64,000 bases of DNA from an uncultured Candidatus Binatia bacterium (GTDB lineage: Bacteria > Desulfobacterota > Binatia > UBA9968 > JAJDTQ01): the NCBI GenBank assembly GCA_965215605.1, contig OZ244070.1, forward strand, positions 3,680,001 through 3,744,000, given 5' to 3'. This document shows, piece by piece, positions 29,040 to 38,075 of the stretch. Made by a program: the position numbers and the translations under genes. The notes under the pieces are model-generated. The model was not told where the DNA came from, did not search any database, and saw only the letters and a list, made by a program, of their open reading frames with translations. Position 1 is the first letter of the stretch. Each line of letters opens with the position of its first letter.

Positions 29040-30410
29040 ATGGACGAATCGCCGATCATCATCTCGAATGCCGCCATCCTGCCCATGACCGGCCGCGGGA
29101 AGGTCATCGAATCCGGCTACGTGACGGCGGTCGACGGCGTGATCACCGAGGTCGGGGCAGGGGAGCCGCCGGCCGCGGAACGAGCCTTGCGCATCGACGG
29201 CCGCGGCAAGGTGCTGATGCCCGGCCTGATCAACGCCCATACCCATCTGTATCAGGTGTTACTGAGAGCCGTGTGGGAAGACCTGCCGTTCCTGGCGTGG
29301 CTGAAGCGCATCTACGGCGTGGCGGAGGCCCTGAATCCGGAACACGCGCTGGCAGGCACCCTGTTGGGGTGCGTCGAGAATCTCAAGGGGGGCGTCACCA
29401 CCGTCTGTGAGCACAATTTCCTGAATCCCGGCCCGGAGTGCGCGGTGGCGGCGGTCGAGGCCATCTCCCGCTCGGGCCTGAGAGGCGTGTTCGCCCGCAC
29501 CATCATGGACACCGGCGACATTGTGCCGGAGTGCACCCGGGAGACGCCGGATACGGCCTTTGCGCGCATCGAGGGATTGATGTCGCACCAGCGGCTGAAG
29601 GGCTCGCCGGAGGAGTCCCGGCGGCTGACCTTTCGCACCGGACCCAACACGCCGCCCATCAATGCCTCCGCCGGCCTGCTGCGGGAGATCCGGCGTTTCG
29701 CGGACCACCATTCCATCGGCATCAGCGCGCATGTCGCCGAGTCGGCCTCGGTGGTGGAGGTCACCCGCAGCCAGTGCAACCGGCCCGGCGTGGTCGCTCA
29801 CCTGGCGGACTTCGATATACCGGGAGAAGACGCCATCTTCGCCCATAGCGTCCACCTCTCGCCCGAAGAGATCGCTCTGTTGGCGGATACGAACACGGCC
29901 GTGTCCCACAATCCCGTCAGCAACATGATGCTGGGCGACGGCATCGCACCGGTGGTGGAGATGCTGGGCGCCGGGGTCAGGGTCGGTCTCGGCTCGGACG
30001 GCGCCGCCAGCAATCACAGCCAGGATCTCTTCGAGACCATGAAGGCCGCGTCGCTGCTTCAGAAGGTCAAGCACCAGGACGCGGGCGTCATCGATCCCTA
30101 CCAGGTGCTCCGCATGGGCACCATCGACGGCGCCCATGCGCTGGGGCTCGGGTCCGTTTGCGGGTCGGTGGAGGCCGGTAAACGGGCGGACCTGATTCTG
30201 GTGGACGTTCAGAAACCCCACTTCCAGCCGGTCAACGACCTGGTGAGCCAGTTGGTGCACTGCGCCAAGGCCACGGACGTGGATACCGTGCTGGTCGACG
30301 GCAAGGTGCTGATGCAGGGTCGCGAGTGTGCGTCGCTGGACGAGGGTGAGACCCTTCGGCGCGCTCAGGCCGCGCGTCGCGACCTCATGGAACGCCTGCC
30401 CGCCGCGTGA
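29040..30410 (+). CDS. amidohydrolase (MtaD/AtzA-like deaminase family)
   Basis: PGLINAHTH, HVAES, AHSVHL, HNPVSN, GSDGAASN, GKRADLI. Confidence 0.88.
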   Translation: MDESPIIISNAAILPMTGRGKVIESGYVTAVDGVITEVGAGEPPAAERALRIDGRGKVLMPGLINAHTHLYQVLLRAVWEDLPFLAWLKRIYGVAEALNPEHALAGTLLGCVENLKGGVTTVCEHNFLNPGPECAVAAVEAISRSGLRGVFARTIMDTGDIVPECTRETPDTAFARIEGLMSHQRLKGSPEESRRLTFRTGPNTPPINASAGLLREIRRFADHHSIGISAHVAESASVVEVTRSQCNRPGVVAHLADFDIPGEDAIFAHSVHLSPEEIALLADTNTAVSHNPVSNMMLGDGIAPVVEMLGAGVRVGLGSDGAASNHSQDLFETMKAASLLQKVKHQDAGVIDPYQVLRMGTIDGAHALGLGSVCGSVEAGKRADLILVDVQKPHFQPVNDLVSQLVHCAKATDVDTVLVDGKVLMQGRECASLDEGETLRRAQAARRDLMERLPAA

Positions 30411-30467
30411 GCGCGACGGATCCATGGATGTCGGCTTCTTCGCGGGCGCCGCGTCCGGCGCCCTGGG

Positions 30468-30689
30468 TCAGTTTCGATGCCGGTAGGTGATCCGGCCGCG
30501 GCTCAGGTCGTAGGGAGACAGCTCCAGAGTGACCCGGTCCCCGGGTAGAATCTTTATGTAGAATTTCCGCATTTTCCCCGCGGTGTAGGCGAGGACGTTG
30601 TGCTTGTTGTCCAACTCGACCTTGAACATGGCGTTGGGCAGGCTTTCCCTCACCGTGCCGGTAACCTCTATATTGTCCTGCTTGCTCAT
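30468..30689 (-). CDS. infA: translation initiation factor IF-1
   Basis: [23 protein letters not shown]...[26 protein letters not shown]. Confidence 0.96.
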   Translation of the reverse strand: MSKQDNIEVTGTVRESLPNAMFKVELDNKHNVLAYTAGKMRKFYIKILPGDRVTLELSPYDLSRGRITYRHRN

Positions 30690-30873
30690 ACCGTGTGCTT
30701 TCGAGGCCTGTCCTCCTTTCCCGGAAGCGCGGGACGCTCCGGCTGTTAACGTCATAGCCTAGCCCAAGGGCCGCGAATTGTCCATCCCCGGTCCGGTCGT
30801 GCCGCGTCCGCGTTGCAATCGATCCTCCGCTGTGGAAGACTACGCCAAACCGAAAACGGTAATGGAAAGACCC

Positions 30874-31248
30874 ATGAGCACGGATCGTCTATTTCTCTTG
30901 CTGGGCGCCCTTTCCGGCTTCACCGGGGTCGTGCTGGGCGCGTTCGCGGCCCACGCCCTCAAGGGAAAGCTGACGGACGAGATGCTGAACATCTTCGAGG
31001 TGGGCGTCCGCTACCAGATCTACCACGCCCTGGCGCTGTTCATGGTGGCGTTGCTGCTGTCTCGCTGGCCCCGGGGCGAGTTCTCCGTGGCGGGATGGTT
31101 GTTCGTGCTGGGTACGGTGGTGTTTTCCGGAAGCCTCTACGCCTTGAGCCTTTCCGGCGTCCGGTGGTTGGGCGCCGTCACCCCCGTCGGGGGGCTCGCG
31201 TTTCTGCTGGGCTGGCTCGGCATCGCCTGGGGCGCCTGGAAGGGGTGA
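30874..31248 (+). CDS. DUF423 (YgdD/TMEM256) membrane protein
   Basis: GAFAAH, RYQIYHALA, FSGSLY, TPVGG. Confidence 0.9.
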   Translation: MSTDRLFLLLGALSGFTGVVLGAFAAHALKGKLTDEMLNIFEVGVRYQIYHALALFMVALLLSRWPRGEFSVAGWLFVLGTVVFSGSLYALSLSGVRWLGAVTPVGGLAFLLGWLGIAWGAWKG

Positions 31249-31266
31249 CCTTCTCGAGAGAGGACC

Positions 31267-32394
31267 ATGGCCAAGAACGGATACAGGATACTCGACAGCG
31301 ACATGCACATCATGGAGCCGCCGGATTTGTGGGAGAGGTACCTGGAGCCGGAGTTCAGGTCCCTGGCGCCGCGCGGCGTGACGAGCGAGAACGTCCGCGA
31401 CCTGCGCATGCAGCATCCCGACGGAAGCTTGTGGGGGTTGCCCCAAGTGCACGCCGGCAACGTCACGAAGGGGCACAACTTCGAGAAGAACCAGGGCATC
31501 TACGGCGTCCATGCCGCCCGCGGCTGGTTGCCGGAGGTCCAACTCGAAGCCATGGACATCGAAGGTATCGACGTGGCCGTGCTTTACCCCACGCGGGGGC
31601 TTCAGGCGCTCAGCGAGCCGGATATGGAGCCCCGCTTCGCCGCCGCCCTGGCGCGGGCGTACAATAACTGGCTGTACGATTTCTGCCGCGCCGACCCGGT
31701 CCGGTTGCTGGGGGCGGGAATGCTCTCCCCCTTCGACGTGGACGAGGCCGTGGCCGAGGCTCGCAGGTGTGCCCGGGAACTCTGTTTCCGGGGTATCTTC
31801 ATGCGTTCCAATCCGGTGAACGGCCGCAACTTCCACGACGACTACTACGAGCCGCTGTGGACCGAACTCGAGGATCTCGGCATGCCCCTGGGCCTTCACG
31901 AATCCTCTTCGTCCGGAGCGCGCCAGGTGGGCGACCAGTTCGAGCCCAACTTCATGCTCCGGCGCGTGTTCGCCCAACCGGTGGAGCAGATGCTGGCGCT
32001 GGGCAGCATCTGCTCGGGCGGGGTCCTGGCCCGTCATCCCAGACTGCGGGTGGCTTTCCTGGAGGCCAACTGTGGCTGGCTCCCATGGCTGCTCTGGCGC
32101 ATGGACGAAGGGTACGAACGGGAGGCCGACGTGTGGTCGCCGGATCTGACCATGCCGCCGAGCGACTACTTCAAGAGACAATGCTTCGTGTCGGTGGAGC
32201 CGGACGAGGCCCCGGTCAAGTACGTCATCGACTACATGGGGAACGAGCGCATCGTGTTTTCCACCGACTACCCCCACGGGGACTCCAAGTTTCCGCGCGC
32301 GGTGGAGAGCTTCCTCGAGCTATCCACCATCAGCGAGGAAGACAAGCACAAGATCCTTTGGGACAATTGCGCCGCCTACTATTCCCTGGACTAA
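31267..32394 (+). CDS. amidohydrolase_2 family protein
   Basis: DSDMHIMEP, VLYPT, AYNNWL, LEANCGW, FSTDYPH, ILWDN. Confidence 0.88.
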   Translation: MAKNGYRILDSDMHIMEPPDLWERYLEPEFRSLAPRGVTSENVRDLRMQHPDGSLWGLPQVHAGNVTKGHNFEKNQGIYGVHAARGWLPEVQLEAMDIEGIDVAVLYPTRGLQALSEPDMEPRFAAALARAYNNWLYDFCRADPVRLLGAGMLSPFDVDEAVAEARRCARELCFRGIFMRSNPVNGRNFHDDYYEPLWTELEDLGMPLGLHESSSSGARQVGDQFEPNFMLRRVFAQPVEQMLALGSICSGGVLARHPRLRVAFLEANCGWLPWLLWRMDEGYEREADVWSPDLTMPPSDYFKRQCFVSVEPDEAPVKYVIDYMGNERIVFSTDYPHGDSKFPRAVESFLELSTISEEDKHKILWDNCAAYYSLD

Positions 32395-32422
32395 GTGCGA
32401 ATCTACGGGACACCACGCCGGG

Positions 32423-33577
32423 ATGGATGACGGGCGGCCGGTCCGCGGGACGCTTTTTCTGGGGGCGCTCCTGTGGAACATGTGCAACGGCATGCTGTTC
32501 GTGCTTACGCCGCTCTTCGGCGTGACTCTCGGCTTGTCCGTACTCGACATCGGCTCCCTGGTCGGGCTTCCCTACCTGCTGACCATCGTCATGCGTTTCG
32601 TCGGCGGCGCGTTCGCGGACCGCTACGGCGAGCATCGTATGCTGCAGGCCTGCTACTCGATCAACGTCCTGGCGGCGGTGGCGCTCGGCCTGGCCAACGG
32701 GTTCTTCTCCCTGATGCTGTCCAGTACGCTGGCGAACCTTTCCCGCAGCCTCTTCTGGGTCCCGGCCCAGTCCATGGCCAGCCAACTGTCCAGACACAAT
32801 CCCGGCAAGATGCTGGGGCAGCTATCCGCCGCCAACTACACCGGACAGTTGCTGGGACTCTCTCTGGGAGGCATCCTGGCCGGCTGGCTGGGTTACGATA
32901 CGACTTTCGTCCTGGTGGCGCTGGCATGCGCCCTCGGCATGCTGCTCGGGTTCGCGCTGCCCCCGATCCGCTCGAAACCCGACGGCCGCACCGTCTGGCA
33001 AGTCACCGTGGGGATGAGCCGGCGGTTGATCGAGAGGCGTACCTGGCTGCTGCTCACGAGTTCCTGCGCGGCAGCGGTGCCGTTCGGCATCACCCAATCC
33101 ATCTACCCGGTCTACCTGAGCGGCCTCAGCTTCCCCGAGGGCTGGATCAGCGTGGTGATCGCCGTGCGTTCCATCGGCCCGGTGGTGATCGGGCTCGCCC
33201 TCGGCTCGGAGATCACCATCGCCAGGGAGAAAGTATTCTATGCCGTCAGCATGGGCGGTCTCGGAGTCTGCATCCTTGCCACCGCGTGGACCCAAGGGTT
33301 GCTGCTGCTGGGCCTTTGCATCGCAGGCTTGGGCATGGCCGGCGGAGTGGCCGATCTCCTCAATCAGGTCCAGGCGGTGGACCTCAGCCGGGCCAGCGAC
33401 CGCTCCGCGGTCATGGCCGCTACCGGACTCGGCTGGAACATGGCCCCCATGGCCCTCCCGCTGCTCCTCGGTTGGGCCGCGAATGCGTGGGGTTTCGGGG
33501 CAATGTTTCTCGCCACCGGATGTTTTTTCCTTGTCATTGCCATGGGCACGCCGCTCGTCTACCGGATTCTGCGCTAG
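32423..33577 (+). CDS. MFS transporter
   Basis: About 12 hydrophobic segments; motif A GAFADRYG. Confidence 0.85.
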   Translation: MDDGRPVRGTLFLGALLWNMCNGMLFVLTPLFGVTLGLSVLDIGSLVGLPYLLTIVMRFVGGAFADRYGEHRMLQACYSINVLAAVALGLANGFFSLMLSSTLANLSRSLFWVPAQSMASQLSRHNPGKMLGQLSAANYTGQLLGLSLGGILAGWLGYDTTFVLVALACALGMLLGFALPPIRSKPDGRTVWQVTVGMSRRLIERRTWLLLTSSCAAAVPFGITQSIYPVYLSGLSFPEGWISVVIAVRSIGPVVIGLALGSEITIAREKVFYAVSMGGLGVCILATAWTQGLLLLGLCIAGLGMAGGVADLLNQVQAVDLSRASDRSAVMAATGLGWNMAPMALPLLLGWAANAWGFGAMFLATGCFFLVIAMGTPLVYRILR

Positions 33578-33612
33578 CGCCCTTGAAGCCCCTTCCATGA
33601 TTCCCGCCCCGC

Positions 33613-33639
33613 CTGGATTCCCGCTTTCGCGGGAATGAC
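33613..33639 (-). repeat. REP/dRS3-like palindrome GTCATTCCCGCGAAAGCGGGAATCCAG
   Basis: Plus strand reads CTGGATTCCCGCTTTCGCGGGAATGAC; ATTCCC-N8-GGGAAT core in an intergenic region. Confidence 0.75.
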
Positions 33640-33686
33640 GGAAAAGGAGCACCGGGCTCTTGAATGGACCTGCTCGAAAGGTGCTG

Positions 33687-33715
33687 TTGACAGCCGCACC
33701 GGAGGTCAATATAAG
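33687..33715 (+). promoter_or_regulatory. near-consensus sigma70 promoter of RRM gene 2
   Basis: TTGACA (33687-33692), 17-nt spacer, TATAAG (33710-33715). Confidence 0.7.
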
Positions 33716-33867
33716 AAATTGCGTGATTGCCAAGCGAGAGTTCCTGAACTTGGCTTGTTGGAGACAGTGTAAGACCGAAGTCGACCGGAGTGTCGTGATT
33801 GCCGCACGTGTGCTCTGCTCTTTTCGCCGTGCCTGTCTCGGGGTTGAACAGACTGATGGAGGAGAGC

Positions 33868-34176
33868 ATGAACGAGAAGCTTTACGTGGGCGGTCTGCCG
33901 TATTCGACAACCGAGGACCAGCTCCAGGACATCTTTGCCGCGCACGGGACCGTGGTTTCCGCCAGGGTCATCACGGACAAGTTCACCGGCCGCTCCAGGG
34001 GATTCGGTTTCGTGGAGATGGGGTCCGGAGAAGAGGCTGGAAAGGCCATCGAGGCCCTGCATGATTCGGAGCTGGGGGGCCGCAGGCTGACCGTCAGCGA
34101 GGCGCGCCCGCAGGAGCGCCGGGGCGGTTTCGGAGGAGGAGGAGGCGGCGGCGGAGGCGGCCGGGATCGCTGGTAG
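33868..34176 (+). CDS. RRM RNA-binding protein with Gly-rich tail
   Basis: KLYVGGL, RGFGFVEM, C-terminal GGFGGGGGGGGGGRDRW; GGAGG SD. Confidence 0.93.
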   Translation: MNEKLYVGGLPYSTTEDQLQDIFAAHGTVVSARVITDKFTGRSRGFGFVEMGSGEEAGKAIEALHDSELGGRRLTVSEARPQERRGGFGGGGGGGGGGRDRW

Positions 34177-34184
34177 CCGAAGTT

Positions 34185-34877
34185 TCAGTCGAGCGGACCG
34201 GGCTCGGTCCGCTCTTCGACATCGCCGTCGGACTTGCCGATGATGATTCGGGTCGCGAGTCCGGTGAAGAGGCCGCATTCCACGACGCCGCAGGTGCCGA
34301 CGATCTCCCGTTCCAGCGCGGGCGGATCGTCGATCACCCCGAATGAGCAGTCGAGGATGTAGTTTCCGTTGTCGGTCACGAAGGGGCCGCGGTCCGACGA
34401 ACGGAAGCTCGCCTCGCAGCCGATTTCCCTCAGGCGGCGCTGCGTGAGCTGCCAGCCGAACGGCACCACCTCCACGGGCAATGGAAAGGTTCCGAGGCGG
34501 CGCTTCAGCTTGCCCGGGTCGACGATGATCAGTTCGGCGCGGCTTGCGGTGGCGACGAACTTCTCGCGCAGCAGCGCTCCCCCGCCTCCCTTGACGAGGT
34601 TGAACGCCGGGTCGACCTCGTCGGCGCCGTCGATGGTGACGTCGACGGAAAGCGTTTCCGCAAAACTCGTCAGGGGAATCCCCAATTCGCGCGCCAGGGT
34701 GGCCGAGCGTTCGGAAGTGGGAATGCAGCGGATACGAAGCCCTTCCCGGCGTATCCTGTCGGCCAGCCGGACGATGGCAAAGTAGGCCGTCGAACCCGTG
34801 CCGAGCCCCACGATCATATCGTCGTTCACGTAGTCCGCGGCGCGCTCGCCGGCGATTTGCTTGGGATTGGGAGCCAT
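34185..34877 (-). CDS. rpiA: ribose-5-phosphate isomerase A
   Basis: GLGTGST, IDGADE, KGGGGALLREK, TDNGN. Confidence 0.95.
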   Translation of the reverse strand: MAPNPKQIAGERAADYVNDDMIVGLGTGSTAYFAIVRLADRIRREGLRIRCIPTSERSATLARELGIPLTSFAETLSVDVTIDGADEVDPAFNLVKGGGGALLREKFVATASRAELIIVDPGKLKRRLGTFPLPVEVVPFGWQLTQRRLREIGCEASFRSSDRGPFVTDNGNYILDCSFGVIDDPPALEREIVGTCGVVECGLFTGLATRIIIGKSDGDVEERTEPGPLD

Positions 34878-35051
34878 GGTTTTCCTGACAGGCGTGCCAG
34901 CGGCAATTCTAGCGCAACCCGTTCCGCTTGGAAAACACTCACACGCTTCGTCTGCTTGCGGTCCGGGTGTTGCTTCCGGAGCATGGCTCCGAAACTTGCG
35001 CCCGCGAGTGCCGCCGCTTGAAAGGACCTCTCGCGGCGGTTAATCTTAGGC

Positions 35052-35864
35052 ATGCCTTTCACCCGGGCCATCCGGCTGGCGTTCTGTACGCTCCTGACGG
35101 CCGTGGCGGCGGCCTGCGGGCCACTGAGCGTTGAGGAGGAACGCGAGCTTGGCGTCGACTTCTCCCGGGCCTTCAACCGTCGCACCGTCCTCGTCCGGGA
35201 CCCGGCCGTCGTCGGTTACGTATCGGCCATCGCCGGGCGCCTTTTGAAACACGCGGAACCTCAGCCCTTCACGTACCGCTTCAACGTGGTCCCGAAAAGC
35301 GAGATCAACGCTTTCGCGGCACCGGCCGGCTACATCTACATCTACACCGGGACGATACTCGCGGCGCACAACGTCAGCGAGCTGGCCGGCGTCATCGCGC
35401 ACGAGATCGGGCACGTCGCCAAGCGGCATGTCGCCAACAATTTCACCCGCGCCCTGGCGACCAACATGCTGCAGCAGGTGGGCATTGCCGCCGCGGAGGT
35501 AGCCGCGGGCCCCCAGGCCGGCATGGCCGCGCAGACCCTGGGAGGTCTGGCGGCCATGGGCTACCTCAATACCTTCAGCAGGGAGGCGGAGCACGAGGCC
35601 GACGCGTTCGCCGTCCAGCTCATGTACAGGGCCGGCTACGACCCGCGCGGCCTGACGGCGTTCTTCGAATCCCTGAAGAAGCAAGGGGAGGCATCGGTAC
35701 CGAGCTTTCTCAGGAGTCATCCGGCCACCTCCGCCCGCGCCGCCAATACCCGGGAGATGATCCGGAGGCTGCCCGCGGGGCGCTCGCTGGAACGTCACGA
35801 CAACGGCAGGCTGGAGCAGATCCAGCAAGCTCTTCGGAGGACCGCGGCCAGAAGCCGTCGCTGA
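35052..35864 (+). CDS. M48-family Zn metalloprotease, probable lipoprotein
   Basis: Lipobox-like AAAC, INAFAAPAG, AHEIGH, SREAEHEAD, SHP. Confidence 0.88.
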   Translation: MPFTRAIRLAFCTLLTAVAAACGPLSVEEERELGVDFSRAFNRRTVLVRDPAVVGYVSAIAGRLLKHAEPQPFTYRFNVVPKSEINAFAAPAGYIYIYTGTILAAHNVSELAGVIAHEIGHVAKRHVANNFTRALATNMLQQVGIAAAEVAAGPQAGMAAQTLGGLAAMGYLNTFSREAEHEADAFAVQLMYRAGYDPRGLTAFFESLKKQGEASVPSFLRSHPATSARAANTREMIRRLPAGRSLERHDNGRLEQIQQALRRTAARSRR

Positions 35865-35895
35865 CCGGCGCGATCCTGGACGCAAAGGAACGGAT

Positions 35896-36810
35896 GTGAA
35901 GCAAATCGGATTCATCGGTACGGGGGGCATGGGCAGCGGCATGGCCGCGAACCTGCTCGGGGCAGGCTTCGGTTTGGTGGTCAACGACATCCGCCACGAG
36001 GCGGCCCGGCCGCTGGAGGAGAAAGGGGCGGTTTTCGCCGGCAGCCCGAGGGAAGTGGCCGAGGGCTGCAACGTCGTGCTCTCCATGCTGCCCGACGGCG
36101 CGGCCGTGCGCGACGTCGGGCTCGGCGCCGGCGGGCTCCGGGATGCGGCCGGAGGCGCACGCACCTGGGTGGATTTCAGCAGCATCGACAAGAAGACCGT
36201 CGTCGAGCTGGACGAGGGTCTCAAGGCGCACGGCTGGCAGCTTCTCGACGCCTCGGTCAGCGGCGTCGAGGAAGCCGCCGCCGCGGCGGCGCTGTCCATC
36301 TGGGCATCGGGTCCCAAAGCGCTCTACGACGAGAACATGGCGGTGTTCGAGGCCATGGGCAAGAAGATCGAGGCCATGGGCAAGAAGATCGTGTACATGG
36401 GCGAGTTGGGCAACGCCAAGCTGGTGAAGACCGCCAACGCCATGCTGAGCGGGATCATGCACATGGGGATGGTGGAAGTCTACAACTGGCTGAAGACAGG
36501 CGGCCTCGACGAACAGGACTTCGAGAACTTCATCCGCAGCTCGCAGAACTATTCCGACGCCCTTGAACGGGTGACGCGGATCATCGTGAGCGGCCAGTTC
36601 AAGCCGAGAAAGTCGTGGATGCCCAAGGATGTCGGGTTCGGACTGGAGGTGGCCCGGGAAATGGAAACTCCGGTGCCGTTCACTTCCCTGGTCGATCAGA
36701 TGTTCGCCATCGCCCAGGCCAACGGCGTGGACGGCTACGAGGCCACCGGCATCGCCTGCGAGGTCTTCTCGATATTGTCCGGCCGCAAGGGAAGCGGCCA
36801 AGTCCAGTAG
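35896..36810 (+). CDS. NAD(P)-dependent oxidoreductase, beta-hydroxyacid dehydrogenase family
   Basis: IGFIGTGGMGSGMA, LDASVSG, catalytic K..N (VKTAN), KD motif. Confidence 0.85.
   Translation: MKQIGFIGTGGMGSGMAANLLGAGFGLVVNDIRHEAARPLEEKGAVFAGSPREVAEGCNVVLSMLPDGAAVRDVGLGAGGLRDAAGGARTWVDFSSIDKKTVVELDEGLKAHGWQLLDASVSGVEEAAAAAALSIWASGPKALYDENMAVFEAMGKKIEAMGKKIVYMGELGNAKLVKTANAMLSGIMHMGMVEVYNWLKTGGLDEQDFENFIRSSQNYSDALERVTRIIVSGQFKPRKSWMPKDVGFGLEVAREMETPVPFTSLVDQMFAIAQANGVDGYEATGIACEVFSILSGRKGSGQVQ
36347..36391 (+). repeat. perfect 21-bp in-frame tandem duplication
   Basis: TCGAGGCCATGGGCAAGAAGA twice plus TCG; protein reads EAMGKKI-EAMGKKI. Confidence 0.95.
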
Positions 36811-36826
36811 ATTGCCATGCGAATGA

Positions 36827-38056
<1,230 letters not shown>

Positions 38057-38075
38057 CGGATCGGACGGGACGCGC

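Noticed and set aside
34131-34161. GGA/GGC trinucleotide run
   Set aside because: It simply encodes the Gly-rich tail typical of bacterial RRM proteins.
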